Notes under the pieces: generated by a model | Seen by the model: the letters and a program-made list of their open reading frames with translations, nothing else | What the model was told of the DNA's origin: nothing | Databases searched by the model: none | Source of the DNA: Candidatus Methanoxibalbensis ujae | GTDB lineage: Archaea; Halobacteriota; Syntropharchaeia; Alkanophagales; Methanospirareceae | Reading direction: 5' to 3' | DNA length: 42,754 nucleotides | NCBI GenBank assembly: GCA_026134085.1 | Contig: JAOQIN010000012.1 | Coordinates: forward strand, 1 to 42,754 | Shown: positions 1-10,639 of the stretch, in pieces | Layout of the letters: each line of letters starts with the position of its first letter | How positions within the stretch are numbered: position 1 is the stretch's first letter | Program-made: the position numbers and the translations under genes

Positions 1-144
1 TCAGAAGCGATCATTTCCGGAAGAAAGACGCATCCGCTTCCGTATCTCCTTCTCCTGTTACCCCAAACTCCCTCCCTTAAAACCTCCTCTCCTCCGATAT
101 TTAAAGGGGAAAAGCCAATTAAAATATAGGAGTGATAAGAAAGG

Positions 145-1260
145 ATGGAAGAGGACATAATATTGCATCCGAGACCGAGTGCGATAGTTGCAGCGCTTTA
201 TACGCTTCGTGATCTTGATGTGGATGTTGCGATAATTCACGGACCTTCTGGATGCTGTTTCAGGCACAGCAGGATGCTTGAGGAGGATGGCATGACAGTG
301 CTCACAACCGCTATGGACGAGCGCAATTTCGTCTTCGGCGCTCATGATGCGCTTGTGCAGGTGCTGCGTGCCGCTGAGAAAATGTTCAAGCCATCGCTCA
401 TGGGGGTTGTCGGGACATGTTCATCAATGATAATAGGGGAGGACATCCATGAGGCTGTGATGGACAGCGGAGTGAGCTGCAGTGTGATAGAGGTTGAGGT
501 GCATGCTGGATACCGCGATAACACAACAGGCGTGATAAAGACGCTTGAGGCTGCTGTGCGTGCCGGCGTTATTGACAATGAGGAATTCAGGCGACAGAAG
601 CGCATACTTGAGGCTGCAACGGAGATAGAGAAGCGTGTAGGCGCCGCATCAAAGAAATACATCCCGATATCAAAGGGAGATTCAAAGATAAGCGTTGCTG
701 AGCGGCTGATTGAGCTGATTGAGCGTGGGAAAAAGGGGATATGTGTGCTCAATGCGAAGAAAGAGACGGCGTTCATGTTCGCTGACATACTGAGAGCAGT
801 GAACATCGCAGCTGCGGAGAAGGGAGGGAATCTTGTGAACATCGCAAATCTCGCCAGTGATGTAGGATTGAAGCGTGTGCGCGGATATGCCGAACGCATT
901 CTGAATGATCTTGCCGCACATGGCATAGAGATCGCACATATAACCGGAGGACTGGATGAATATCCAATATCAGGTGAGCGCGCTTCTCGGATAATCCGTG
1001 AGAATTATGCAGATCGTGATTTCGCTGTCCTCATAGGTGTGCCGCACGCTGTCACGCCTCTTCCCGATGAAATGGAGATATTCTCGGTGACCAACGGTCC
1101 TCGCACGGTTGAACCGCTCAGATCGCTCGGCCATCATCATGTTGTACTTGAACTTGATCTGCATCCCAAAACAATGGGCGTCAAAAAGATGATCCCGTCT
1201 GAATTCGGCGATGCAATCATGAAGGCGTTGAGAGATGGAAAAACATCACAGCGCAGTTGA
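145..1260 (+). CDS. cfbD: Ni-sirohydrochlorin a,c-diamide reductive cyclase catalytic subunit (coenzyme F430 biosynthesis, NflD)
   Basis: N-terminus HPRPSAIVAALYTLRDL, HGPSGCCF, GTCSSMIIGED, GGLDEY and ELDLHPKT are typical of CfbD/NflD; 371 aa. Confidence 0.95.
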   Translation: MEEDIILHPRPSAIVAALYTLRDLDVDVAIIHGPSGCCFRHSRMLEEDGMTVLTTAMDERNFVFGAHDALVQVLRAAEKMFKPSLMGVVGTCSSMIIGEDIHEAVMDSGVSCSVIEVEVHAGYRDNTTGVIKTLEAAVRAGVIDNEEFRRQKRILEAATEIEKRVGAASKKYIPISKGDSKISVAERLIELIERGKKGICVLNAKKETAFMFADILRAVNIAAAEKGGNLVNIANLASDVGLKRVRGYAERILNDLAAHGIEIAHITGGLDEYPISGERASRIIRENYADRDFAVLIGVPHAVTPLPDEMEIFSVTNGPRTVEPLRSLGHHHVVLELDLHPKTMGVKKMIPSEFGDAIMKALRDGKTSQRS

Positions 1261-1457
1261 TAATGTAATGCGTTTTCGTTTTTTGCTGCTGTTTGACAGC
1301 TCAGGGCTTCAAACCATACATGATGCTGTTTTTGCTGAATTGCCATTTGCAATGATGTGAAAATAACACTGCTGAACATCGTGTTCTGGTTCTGTGTGGG
1401 GATCATTGAGATGATAAGTTGAGATGAGATGATGAGCTGATAATGAGGAGAGGAAAA

Positions 1458-1531
1458 TGGGGCAGCCCAGATTTGAACTGGGGTCGCGGGCTCCCAAAGC
1501 CCGAAGGATGACCTGGCTACCCTACTGCCCC
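1458..1531 (-). tRNA. tRNA-Pro (anticodon TGG), no intron, CCA not encoded
   Basis: Reverse complement GGGGCAGTAGGGTAGCCAGGTCATCCTTCGGGC-TTTGGGA-GCCCGCGACCCCAGTTCAAATCTGGGCTGCCCCA folds as a cloverleaf with a GTTCAAATC T-loop. Confidence 0.95.
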
Positions 1532-1843
1532 TCTCGCTGCTCGCTGTCAGCAGCTCTGTTCCTCCAGCACTGTGTTTCACTCATCTTCTCATCAGCCACA
1601 GAAGAATCTTTGATTCAACAATAAAATATTTAATTCCACTCTCATGAGAGGTGTGAGAGGAATAAGATGGTGTGAGGCGGCTGTCTGACGATTGTATTGG
1701 TGTGGCGCGCACATTCGGCGGAAAATGAAAGCGGTGTGAAGAGGGATTTTGCTCTTGTCCCTCCTCCGCGCAGCAGGCGGGAGGGGCTTTCAAGACGAAG
1801 CGGGATTACATAAATACACACCAGACAATAGACATCATAAGAG

Positions 1844-2562
1844 GTGGAAGAATTGGGTGACAATTACTCCGGGATGGAGATACAAATGTTCATGCAGACA
1901 CGGACGGATGGATTGTCGCTTACTTCACTGCAGAGAGGAACGATAGAAACACATAGGATAAGCTCAACCACGCTTGGAGATGCTAGATGCTATAAGTGCT
2001 GTTGGAACAGGAATCACAGCAGATATAAAATACCACCTTGAATATGCAGATGGCATAACGATTTTCGTTAGAAAAGGGACAACTGATGGAACAAATATCG
2101 TGCAGTTTTCCTACAAATTACACGCGAGGTGTCTTACTATATGCATACCTGACGATTCTAAATTGAAAGCGGATGGAACCTGTGGATGCTATAAGAGAGC
2201 ATTTGGCGCATACGGAGGAGCAATAGAGGAGCAATCATAACAGGTGCACAGAAATTTTTTACGACAGATTACGGAGTGTAGGTTCAGAGGGAGTGGCGAC
2301 GATGCTGATATACAGGAAAGGATGAGCGTGTGAGAGCGTAGAAAGACTGATTTGTAAATGGAGCATCCCGACGATGCCTGTTACGCAACCGAAGCATCTA
2401 TTGGAGAGTGCTTCAACGAAGCCAGTTCCTGTGAGTGAGATTTTCATGAATCCTGCAGAAGCGAGCATGGAAGAGGCGTTGCTCCCTCTTTTCCCGCACC
2501 AACTCACAACTCCCGCACCAACTCACCAGAACCAGGACTCCGGTGAACCAGATGATCCTTAG
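1844..2562 (+). pseudogene. Fragmented remnants of an unidentified, possibly extracellular protein
   Basis: Short consecutive + ORFs (1844-2041, 1974-2240, 2374-2562); the last has a Pro/Thr-rich linker-like stretch with a 15-bp duplication CCCGCACCAACTCAC; family not recognised. Confidence 0.25.
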
Positions 2563-2949
2563 GCACTTTCAGAAGGACAATCACACCAAACAAAACAATC
2601 ATCGCAACGAAGCTCTGATGCGAAGGGACAGGCGGTCATACTGAATATGCTCTTATTTTCAGGCATGGAACATGGGGAGCGGAAGCAAAAAGGTTATGAG
2701 GGAATATATACAAAACAATCATTCCAATTCCAAAAACATACAAAAAGATTACCTGATTCACCGCACTTCCTCCCTTAAAACAGACAATAGATGATAAACT
2801 GCACTGAATTCATAGATACCATTCTCATAACTGGCCCAGGTTGCATGACTCGCTCTCGCCAAAAGCGAGAAGAAATCAAAGCGAAGAGGGATATGAATCG
2901 GCGCCCTCTTTTTTTATTATTACGGTCTCGAGCAAAACTATTTTCTTAT

Positions 2950-3790
2950 ACTAAAGTAAAAAAACAAAATCCATGGGCAGAAAACGATTCTACGAATCTG
3001 AAAACACTTCAGCAGAAGAACCCGATGAAAGGATCAACTCGGGAAAGACACAAGCTTGAAAGAATTCATCACAGAGGGATGAGCGTTGAAGAAGCTGCCG
3101 AATTGGTAGGAGTAACAGGCTACGCATGGTTTAGAAGGTTCCAGAGGTTATTAATCCGATTCCCGAATTTGGAGGAAGACCTTCTAAACAAAAGAAAAGA
3201 GGGAAGAACTCATGCCAAAGAAAAAGGATTCCCATACGAAGAAGGAAAAGTCCGAGAGCTCATCAGAATTTGGAATCACATGTCGTGGCAGGGAGAAAAA
3301 TCTTTTGAGATAAAGGATTACAGAAAACCCGATAAAAGATAAAACCTGGATCAGGCTGGAATTGGTGCGGATGAGATGGCGGTTGAAGCGAACGCACAGC
3401 AAGAGGAGCTTTACCCGTTGAGTTTCTATCTCTAAGCTATGCAGGGTTCTATTGTATGGAGAGAGAGAGTGGTGGAGTTTCGATAAAGCTGAAGACTTTA
3501 CAGCGTTTCTGGATAAGAGAGGGTCAAAAGAAAAGGATCGTGGACAATTTCAGGACATATCATGGCAGGTGAGAAAGGGGGCTGAGAAAATGAAAATTGC
3601 GTCACCTCCCTCCTCACTCTACTGATAAATCCGATTGAAAATGGAATTTAAAAGAACAGTTTCTGAAAACCTTAATACGGAAGAGCTGAAGGAAACGATT
3701 GCTGAAGCTTTAAGCGGAGTCATTATCATTTGCAAAAAGGAGGGTTGAGAAGTTCTTGGTTGATAAATTCTTGGGTGATAGGTTGCACTT
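2950..3790 (+). mobile_element. IS630-family transposase relic (multiply frameshifted)
   Basis: HTH GMSVEEAAELVGVT-GYAW, then KDYRKP, GADEMAVEAN (first D), VDNFRT (second D), LPPHS..NPIE and SFAKR.VEKFL across frames; ends approximate. Confidence 0.8.
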
Positions 3791-3935
3791 AATCATGATT
3801 TCTTTTCGTCATTATCTGATCACAGCTGAGCGCATATCGCATTATTTATTTCGATATATTGCATAGATATATTGCATATAAAATCCCATTGTTTGGCCGC
3901 GATTTGGGCGTGCCTATTTATATCTAATATGATCA

Positions 3936-4751
3936 TCAAGGGAATTTGCAGCAACATATCATGTCCTCAAACACTGCAGACAATGTGAGATTATTAAAAA
4001 TTTCATTTTTCAGCTTTTCTTTCAGTCTGTTTAGTGCGTATTCGTCGTACTCAAACTCTATGTTATATTTCACATCTCTCAGCAGCAGACCGCATGCAGG
4101 TGCTGGTGCGATGTGGTGATGCTGTGGGGAATGCAACAGATATGAGAGCCACTCAGGCGGTTTTTCACATTCGCCTACGATTTTAAGCGCGGTTACCATC
4201 TTACGCACCATCTTTCGGAGGAAGCTGTGTGCGCGGACATCTATTATGATGAATTTTCCATCTCTTTTTATGTCTATGCGGAGAACATGCCTGACTGTTG
4301 TTTTCTCCTCCCTGTCTCTTTCAGCGAAGTTTCTGAAATCATGCACACCTATAAGGGATGATGATGCGATGCGCATGCTTTCTATGTTGAGTGAGGAATC
4401 CGCATCAAGAAGAAAATACCTGTATTCACGCCATAAAGCATCTTTCCTCGCATTGAATTTCTGATATGGATATGCCATTGCTATCACAAATATGTCGTCT
4501 GGAAGTGCGCTGTTGATCATACGAACGGAGATATCCGGATTTTTCGTCTCAAAAGAGATGACCTGTGATATTGCATGAACTCCCCTGTCGGTTCTACCGG
4601 CAAATGAGAATGCAGCAGTGTGCCTGTTTTCTATTATGTTGAGCTCTTCAAGCGCGTTCAGTATGACAGAAGACACTGTTGGAACATCTGGCTGTATCTG
4701 GAAGCCGTGATAGTTTGTGCCTATGTATCCAAGCTTCAACGCGACACGCAT
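3936..4751 (-). CDS. truA: tRNA pseudouridine(38-40) synthase
   Basis: YIGTNYHGFQIQP, AGRTDRGVHA, FLRKMVRKMV and APACGLLL motifs; ATG at 4751 (GTG at 4760 also possible). Confidence 0.95.
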   Translation of the reverse strand: MRVALKLGYIGTNYHGFQIQPDVPTVSSVILNALEELNIIENRHTAAFSFAGRTDRGVHAISQVISFETKNPDISVRMINSALPDDIFVIAMAYPYQKFNARKDALWREYRYFLLDADSSLNIESMRIASSSLIGVHDFRNFAERDREEKTTVRHVLRIDIKRDGKFIIIDVRAHSFLRKMVRKMVTALKIVGECEKPPEWLSYLLHSPQHHHIAPAPACGLLLRDVKYNIEFEYDEYALNRLKEKLKNEIFNNLTLSAVFEDMICCCKFP

Positions 4752-5389
4752 TCCCACCACCTGCTTTTATATGTTGCCAAATAGGCCCGATGGAATATAT
4801 CCCCGATGGAATGAGGAGGGAATAAGCCATCTCAGGATCATTGAGGCTGGGGAAACCTGCCTTGCGAGAGGGTTGATGTGAGCCATAGATCTGAACTTTG
4901 CATGTTTCCATAATTGTGGTCACAGGAAGTCCTCTGATATTATGAAAACGCCTCTCTCCAGAGCCACCACGACAACCCTCATAGCAGCTTGTAAGCCCTC
5001 TCAGCGACAATCTTCCACATCATAGCAAGTTAATGTTTAAGAGAGAATGATTTGAGAGAGAATCAAAGAGAGAATCAGGACATGATCTTGCTGCTCTTTA
5101 TGAGGGTTAGGGTTTAGCCATAAGTTATGGGATTTTGCTATCTCATATAATCCGCAGTAGAACCTCACACAATCCGCAGTAGAGCTAAGTGAACCATCAT
5201 GTGGCAGGGCTTCCTGATTCAGAGAGAAGTGACATTCTCCAATCCCATCCCCTATCGTTTCCGCCTCCCAGGACTTAAGGATCTGTTGCCTCATATGCCT
5301 ATCTGACGGTGCCACCCGCCTCCAGTCTCAAAACAGAATTTCCGACTATCCGCCTTTCAAGGGCTTGAGTTCCCCGTTTTTCATGCGTT

Positions 5390-6040
5390 CTGCGCCAAGT
5401 CACCTGATGTCGGAGATGCCGTGTGAGTATGACTTCATTCACAAATGTTTCATCTCATCCCTCAACATGTTGCGATTGTGTTGCTCTCAATGCATAAGGA
5501 GTGTGGTCGTATCCTCTCGTTTCCTGTGCTTTCAACACCATCCTCTGAATGCATAAAGGTTCAGTATACCTTCCTCAACAAAACAGTGCGCTGTGAATGG
5601 ACATCTTCTCCATCCTCCTGTGTTCAACAAAGGGCTGTTCCATTGTATTGTCGTTAAGATGCGCCCTGTTCACCTATCGCGGAGAGCGATTTCTCCGCAC
5701 ATTCTCAGCGCTGAAACAAGCAGTGAGAGGTATGATGTCGTGTTTAGTCAAGATAACAGACCATTCTCATATCTGAAACTTTTTCTCTTTTTTTTGCTTT
5801 GTCAATAGTAGCTAATTGAGTGAAGTGGCGAAGCTTTCTTCTCCTTTTCTGTTCTTTCAACTTTTGATTCATCATCTTGGATTTTGCCATTTTTAAGCGG
5901 TTGTTTCCGTTGATGTATGTTCACAGTTAAGTGTATCGCAAATTTCGCGAATCTTCTGCTTTATAGTTCCTTTCCCGCGACACTTCACAGCAGAGATAGG
6001 ATGATAGTGAAGATAGCAGATGAGCAACTCCTTCTTCAGT
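5390..6040 (-). pseudogene. Degenerate Xer/integrase-type tyrosine recombinase
   Basis: Minus-strand fragments in the expected order: ERNYKAE (~5975-5955), LSLLVSALRMCGEIAL (box I-like, ~5730-5685), SALF..GRYTEPLCIQRMV and HTPYALRAT..NMLRD (box II-like, ~5505-5455); many stops and frameshifts. Confidence 0.55.
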
Positions 6041-6239
6041 TGTAAGAAACCGAAAACACACCTCCTGCACCCCCCTCTGCCTCGCCGTATCCCATCGCTT
6101 TCGCAAGAGAAAGCAGCGGAAAGTTAAGATAAAATCAATAAAATTATGGAAGAGCCTTCAGCTGGGCTTTGTGTTGACGCTGCCCGAGTTGCTGATCAGC
6201 CCCAAAGTATGACCAAGTCCCACAACAAAATAAGTGGGG

Positions 6240-6525
6240 CATATCTTACGGATGAAAGCGCTGAGAATGATCAAGATAGATAAAACGATAAACGATAGAT
6301 GATGGAATATGAGATGCGGGCATGACTGGCAAGCTGACTATGAGGATGCCATAGTAAAAACGCCAATGGATTTTGGACAGGTTGCTATGGGAAATCCCGT
6401 GCACCGAGTGCTTATCCCTCAAAAGGTTGCTCCGCTTCTCCTCACCGCCACCAGCAGCATTGACACAGGATTGCACTGGCGGGATTGCTTTCAATTGTCG
6501 CTGCAATGAACAGCATAAGATAGGA
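6240..6525 (+). pseudogene. Decayed paralogue of the C-terminus of the surface protein at 42452-42754
   Basis: CGHDWQADYEDAIV vs CGYDWQAEFEDAIV; QKVAP vs QKAAP; PPPAALT and IALAGLLSIVAA vs PALT and IALAGLLSVIAV, across frameshifts. Confidence 0.8.
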
Positions 6526-6717
6526 ATAAATCATTTTTTATTTTTAAATCGTAGTTTCTGCATTGCATACATATTTTATTTACCATAAATTTTTGGTTAT
6601 TTATCATAACCAAATCGCATTGTTGCGAGGAGAATGGAGCGGGAGGCACTCATGGTTGAATCCCCTCACCTGCCACTCGCTTTATTAGAGCATGTCCGAT
6701 GCATTTGATAAGAGAGG

Positions 6718-7836
6718 GTGAGCAATGTGAATGGGATGGGAGGATATGAGAGGTTGCGTGCGGATGTAGTGGATCGGAAGTTATGCACATTCTGCGGTGC
6801 CTGCATATCAGCATGCCTTCTCCGCCATCTTGAGTGGGCGGGAGAGCCTCTGCGCACGGAGAGAAAAGCGGCGTGTGAAGATTGTTTGATATGTTATGAG
6901 GCATGTCCCGTTCGTGGTGAGATAGGAGATGATGAAGTGTTTGGCGAGAAGAGGCGAGATCGCTTTCTCGGAGTTTACAGGCGGATAGTTGCTGCAAGGT
7001 CTGAAGATGAGGAGGTTGTGAGGAATGCGCAGGACGGTGGCGTTGTTTCAACGATACTGAAGCATCTCATGAAATCATATGTTGACGGTGCAATTGTCGT
7101 GAGGAAGCAGGACGGCTGGGCACCTCTTCCATCGGTTGCGAAGGATGTTGATGATGTGCTTGCGGCGGGAAAGACAAAATTCGGCATATCACCGAACCTG
7201 ATGCTCATCCGTGATGCTGTTCTTGATGATTATCTTGATCGCATATGTGTTGTCGGTATGCCGTGTCATGTGAGAGGGGTGAGACATCTGCAGCGTATGA
7301 AATTTGAGCTTGCGCCCGCCATAAAATTTGTAATAGGGCTTTTCTGTCGTGAGAATTATGAATATGATGCGCTCAGGAGATATGTTGAGAGCATCATGCA
7401 TGACATCTCAGCCGTGCGGAAATTCAGTGTTGTTGAGGATGCCATGCTGGTGCATTTTGACGATGAGACTCTCTCAATTCCGATAACTGAGGTGAAGAAG
7501 TGGGTGCCCCGGCACTGCCTGCTGTGTGAGGATTTTGCATCTGAACTTGCTGATATTTCGGTTGGATGTGACGGCTCTCCCGAGGGATTCTCAACTGTCA
7601 TAATCAGGACGGAACATGGAGAAAGGGTTTTCACAGAGATTGAAGAGGAGGGACTGCTCAAAACAACCTCAGCGGATCTCTCAACAATACGAGATATCGC
7701 AAAGCGCAAGAAGGAAAAGGCTGAGCAGACATCCAGAATATATGCGCTGCGGGATGAGAACAAGAGTGTTGAGGAAATAGCAGAGCAACTGGGGATTGAA
7801 CAGTCGACAGTGATACACAGATTGGAGAAATATTAA
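6718..7836 (+). CDS. Coenzyme F420 hydrogenase/dehydrogenase beta-subunit family protein (FrhB/FdhB/FqoF-like) with an N-terminal ferredoxin-like module and a C-terminal HTH
   Basis: CTFCGACISAC and CEDCLICYEACP; AQDGGVVSTIL, VGMPC, GLFCRENY, CLLCEDF and ADISVG motifs; tail KSVEEIAEQLGIEQSTVIHRL. The start may be ATG 6736. Confidence 0.9.
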   Translation: MSNVNGMGGYERLRADVVDRKLCTFCGACISACLLRHLEWAGEPLRTERKAACEDCLICYEACPVRGEIGDDEVFGEKRRDRFLGVYRRIVAARSEDEEVVRNAQDGGVVSTILKHLMKSYVDGAIVVRKQDGWAPLPSVAKDVDDVLAAGKTKFGISPNLMLIRDAVLDDYLDRICVVGMPCHVRGVRHLQRMKFELAPAIKFVIGLFCRENYEYDALRRYVESIMHDISAVRKFSVVEDAMLVHFDDETLSIPITEVKKWVPRHCLLCEDFASELADISVGCDGSPEGFSTVIIRTEHGERVFTEIEEEGLLKTTSADLSTIRDIAKRKKEKAEQTSRIYALRDENKSVEEIAEQLGIEQSTVIHRLEKY

Positions 7837-7844
7837 TATTAATA

Positions 7845-8849
7845 TTAATGCCAGACGCTCGGATATGTGTTGGCTTTCATAAGCACCTTTTCAACGCGCA
7901 CGCAAATTCCTTCTGTCGCGTTCAGCATTTCATCTCCTCCCATCTCCGCAATGCCTACAGCGACTGCCTCCCCCTTTCTTGTGAATAAGGCGACTTGATT
8001 TCCCTTTTCTATGCGCTCCGATATGCGGAGAATGCCGGGTGCATACAGGCTCGCACCATGACATATCGCATCAACAGCAGTGTCCTTCAGAACGACACAC
8101 GGCATATCAAGCCGCAAAATCGCAGTTTCAACAGGTTTAACGAATTCACGCAGCTGCTTCTCATCATTGTTTTCCTCATAGAAAGCATATGCATCCTTGA
8201 GGTCGTGAAGCCTCACACATTCTCTCTCGGAGAAAGGAAATGAAAATGTCCTGCGAAGTTGCAGCATGTGAGCGCCGACGCCGAGCGCGAGCCCGATATG
8301 ATGGCAGAGCATTCGCACATATGTGCCTGCCTCGCATCGCACTGTGAAAAGCACATTTCTTCCGGAAATCTCATCCACACTGATGTGATGCACCTTTCTC
8401 ACACGCACACGCCTGCGGACAGCACTTCTAAATGGAGGTCGCTGATATATATCGCCGACGAACTCGCTGAATGCACGCCTCAGATCAGATTCGCTGACAC
8501 TGTCATGAAGATGCATCACGCACACATACTCTTTGTGTCCGCTCACGAAAATGTTCAACAGCCTCGTTGCCTTTCCAAGCAGAATTGGGAGGACACCTGT
8601 CACATTTGGGTCAAGAGTGCCCGCATGCGCCGCCTTACCGACGCCCAGAATTTCCTTCACCCACACTACAACCTCATGTGATGTCGGTCCTGCAGGTTTG
8701 TCTATGACGACAATGCCGTTCTCAATGATGTCTCGCATATCACGCTCCTCAGGCATGCAGCCGTAAGCATGATGCACCTCCCTCTCCCTCCCTCGCCACT
8801 CCTCCTTCTCAAGAACACATTTCTTCATCAGTTCCTCCAGCACACTCAT
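7845..8849 (-). CDS. cbf5: H/ACA RNA-guided pseudouridine synthase Cbf5 (TruB family) with PUA domain
   Basis: DKPAGPTSHEVV, HAGTLDPNVTGVLP, YQRPP, CEAGTYVR and AVDAICHGA motifs. Confidence 0.95.
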   Translation of the reverse strand: MSVLEELMKKCVLEKEEWRGREREVHHAYGCMPEERDMRDIIENGIVVIDKPAGPTSHEVVVWVKEILGVGKAAHAGTLDPNVTGVLPILLGKATRLLNIFVSGHKEYVCVMHLHDSVSESDLRRAFSEFVGDIYQRPPFRSAVRRRVRVRKVHHISVDEISGRNVLFTVRCEAGTYVRMLCHHIGLALGVGAHMLQLRRTFSFPFSERECVRLHDLKDAYAFYEENNDEKQLREFVKPVETAILRLDMPCVVLKDTAVDAICHGASLYAPGILRISERIEKGNQVALFTRKGEAVAVGIAEMGGDEMLNATEGICVRVEKVLMKANTYPSVWH

Positions 8850-8967
8850 CTCTCATGTCTCTCTTTCATATCTCTCCTTCAGCTCATCTCTCCTCCATCT
8901 CATCTCTTCTCCATCTCATCATTGTTTCATGTTGTCATGTTGTCACGTTGTCACGTTGTGCGTTGTG
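8850..8967. repeat. Low-complexity simple repeats (CATCTCTC-like and GTTGTCAY tandem units)
   Basis: Repeated catctct(c) units followed by gttgtcat gttgtcac gttgtcac gttgtgc gttgtg. Confidence 0.6.
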
Positions 8968-9409
8968 AAGGGTGACTGAATGGTGACACATCAACTCCTG
9001 CGGCGAGGAAGCTTGATCGGACTGCTGATATGAGTGTGTTCAGATGGGGTGAGAAGAAAAGATGGGATATGCACGAGCAGTCTGAGCATCCGAAACCCTT
9101 CACAGGCTCCATGACAGCTGACATGTGAGCAGCAATCTCGCACTCCTTTCGCTCCTCTGTTCTGCCAACAAAAACCATCACAATTCTCACCGGTTGTGCG
9201 GCGAGCATGAAATCAATATGCCAGTGCAGTTTTTTGTCATCACGCATGTGTCTCTCTATCCGCCTGTCCAATCCCGACAACGCGGAACCGATGTATGCGT
9301 AATATCCTCTGCGAAATTCCATCACGCGCCGCGCATGCCCGATCTCAATGCTTATATCCCGGCTGTTCGCAATGACGAGTGCATACACTCCCTTTGATTT
9401 CCCCTCCAT
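8951..9409 (-). CDS. GIY-YIG/Uri superfamily endonuclease (DUF123)
   Basis: KGVYALVI, GYYAYIGSA, RIERH, KKLHWHIDF and GFGCSDCSCISHLF; start placed at MEGKS because the upstream extension is a (ATCCTCC)n repeat. Confidence 0.85.
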   Translation of the reverse strand: MEGKSKGVYALVIANSRDISIEIGHARRVMEFRRGYYAYIGSALSGLDRRIERHMRDDKKLHWHIDFMLAAQPVRIVMVFVGRTEERKECEIAAHMSAVMEPVKGFGCSDCSCISHLFFSPHLNTLISAVRSSFLAAGVDVSPFSHPSQRTT

Positions 9410-9605
9410 TGTTTTTCCATTGTTTTTTCTCTTTCTATCCTCCATCCTCCATCCTCCATCATTTCTCCAACTCTCCAATTCCCCCTCTCTCCATCCTCCA
9501 TCATCCCGTCATCCGTGCTGGCGCGTGGGCGCGCTGTGCGGTTGCGGAGTGATGAGGTGCAGTGTGTGAGGGTGTGATTTCTTTTGAGGGAGGGAATGAA
9601 TAAGG

Positions 9606-10592
9606 ATGAGGGAACGAGCAGAGGAGGGTTGGACATATGCGAAAGCCGGTGTTGATATTGCGAAGGAGGCTGCGTTTATCCGTGCGCTCACATACGAAGG
9701 CAGGGGATTCGCATCGCTCGTTGAGATTCCGGGATGCGATCTGATGATGGCGATATCCACGGACGGTGTGGGCACGAAAATACTTGTAGCGGCTGCACTG
9801 CAGAAATGGGACACCATAGGGATAGACTGCGTTGCTATGAATGTGAATGATGTGCTGTGCGTTGGTGCGAATCCTGTGTGTTTTGTGGATTATATTGCAG
9901 CGGAGCATCTTGACGAGCGTGTTGCTGCCGAGATGGGCAGGGGATTGCGACGTGGAGTGGAGATGGCATCAGTGCAATGGGCGGGCGGAGAGACAGCTTC
10001 GCTTCCTGAGATAGTGCGTGGCTACGACCTTTCAGGAACATGCGTCGGAGTTGTCAAAAGAGAGCGCGTCATACATCCGAGAGCTGATGTGGGCGATCTG
10101 ATAATCGGTATCCCTTCGTGCGGAATTCACTGCAACGGCTTGACATTAGCCCGCACAGTCGTTCAGAAAGCCGGTTTCTCGCTCAATGACCCTTTTCCCA
10201 TGAACACCGAACGCACCATAGGCGAAGAGCTGCTCACTCCCACACGAATATACACGGAGATACTCTCATTTCTTGATGTATGCAGCGATGTGCATGGACT
10301 TGCACACATCACAGGCGGCGGATTCCTCAAGCTAAAACGGCTTTCTGACAGGGATGAAATAGGCTATGACATATATGATCCGCTGCCTCCTCAGCCTATA
10401 TTTGAGTTTCTGCAGGAGTGCGGGCGCATTGAAACAGCTGAAATGTTCAGAACATTCAATTGCGGAATGGGATTTGCAGTCGCTATACCACCATCAGAGG
10501 AGAAAACAGCGCTGAAAGTGTTGAAGGATGCCAAAGTCGTCGGAGAAGTCGTTCGCAGGCGAGGTATATGGGTGCGTGACACGCTTCTGTGA
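9606..10592 (+). CDS. purM: Phosphoribosylformylglycinamidine cyclo-ligase (AIR synthetase)
   Basis: TYAKAGVDI, STDGVGTK, DCVAMNVND, GGETA, AHITGGG and EMFRTFNCGMG. Confidence 0.95.
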   Translation: MRERAEEGWTYAKAGVDIAKEAAFIRALTYEGRGFASLVEIPGCDLMMAISTDGVGTKILVAAALQKWDTIGIDCVAMNVNDVLCVGANPVCFVDYIAAEHLDERVAAEMGRGLRRGVEMASVQWAGGETASLPEIVRGYDLSGTCVGVVKRERVIHPRADVGDLIIGIPSCGIHCNGLTLARTVVQKAGFSLNDPFPMNTERTIGEELLTPTRIYTEILSFLDVCSDVHGLAHITGGGFLKLKRLSDRDEIGYDIYDPLPPQPIFEFLQECGRIETAEMFRTFNCGMGFAVAIPPSEEKTALKVLKDAKVVGEVVRRRGIWVRDTLL

Positions 10593-10639
10593 ATGAGCCA
10601 TCAGTCCAGTGACGATGCGCCAGCCACAACTGGTGGCTC

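Noticed and set aside
5341..5376. IS200/IS605-like end hairpin (CCGCCTTTCAAGGGCTTGAG) suggesting a tnpB element
   Set aside because: Adjacent coding fragments fit a tyrosine recombinase; no RuvC or Zn-finger TnpB motifs seen
1458..6040. tRNA-Pro-targeted integrative element using the recombinase relic
   Set aside because: The decayed DNA lies on the 5' side of the tRNA, I found no duplicated tRNA 3' end, and the housekeeping gene truA lies in between
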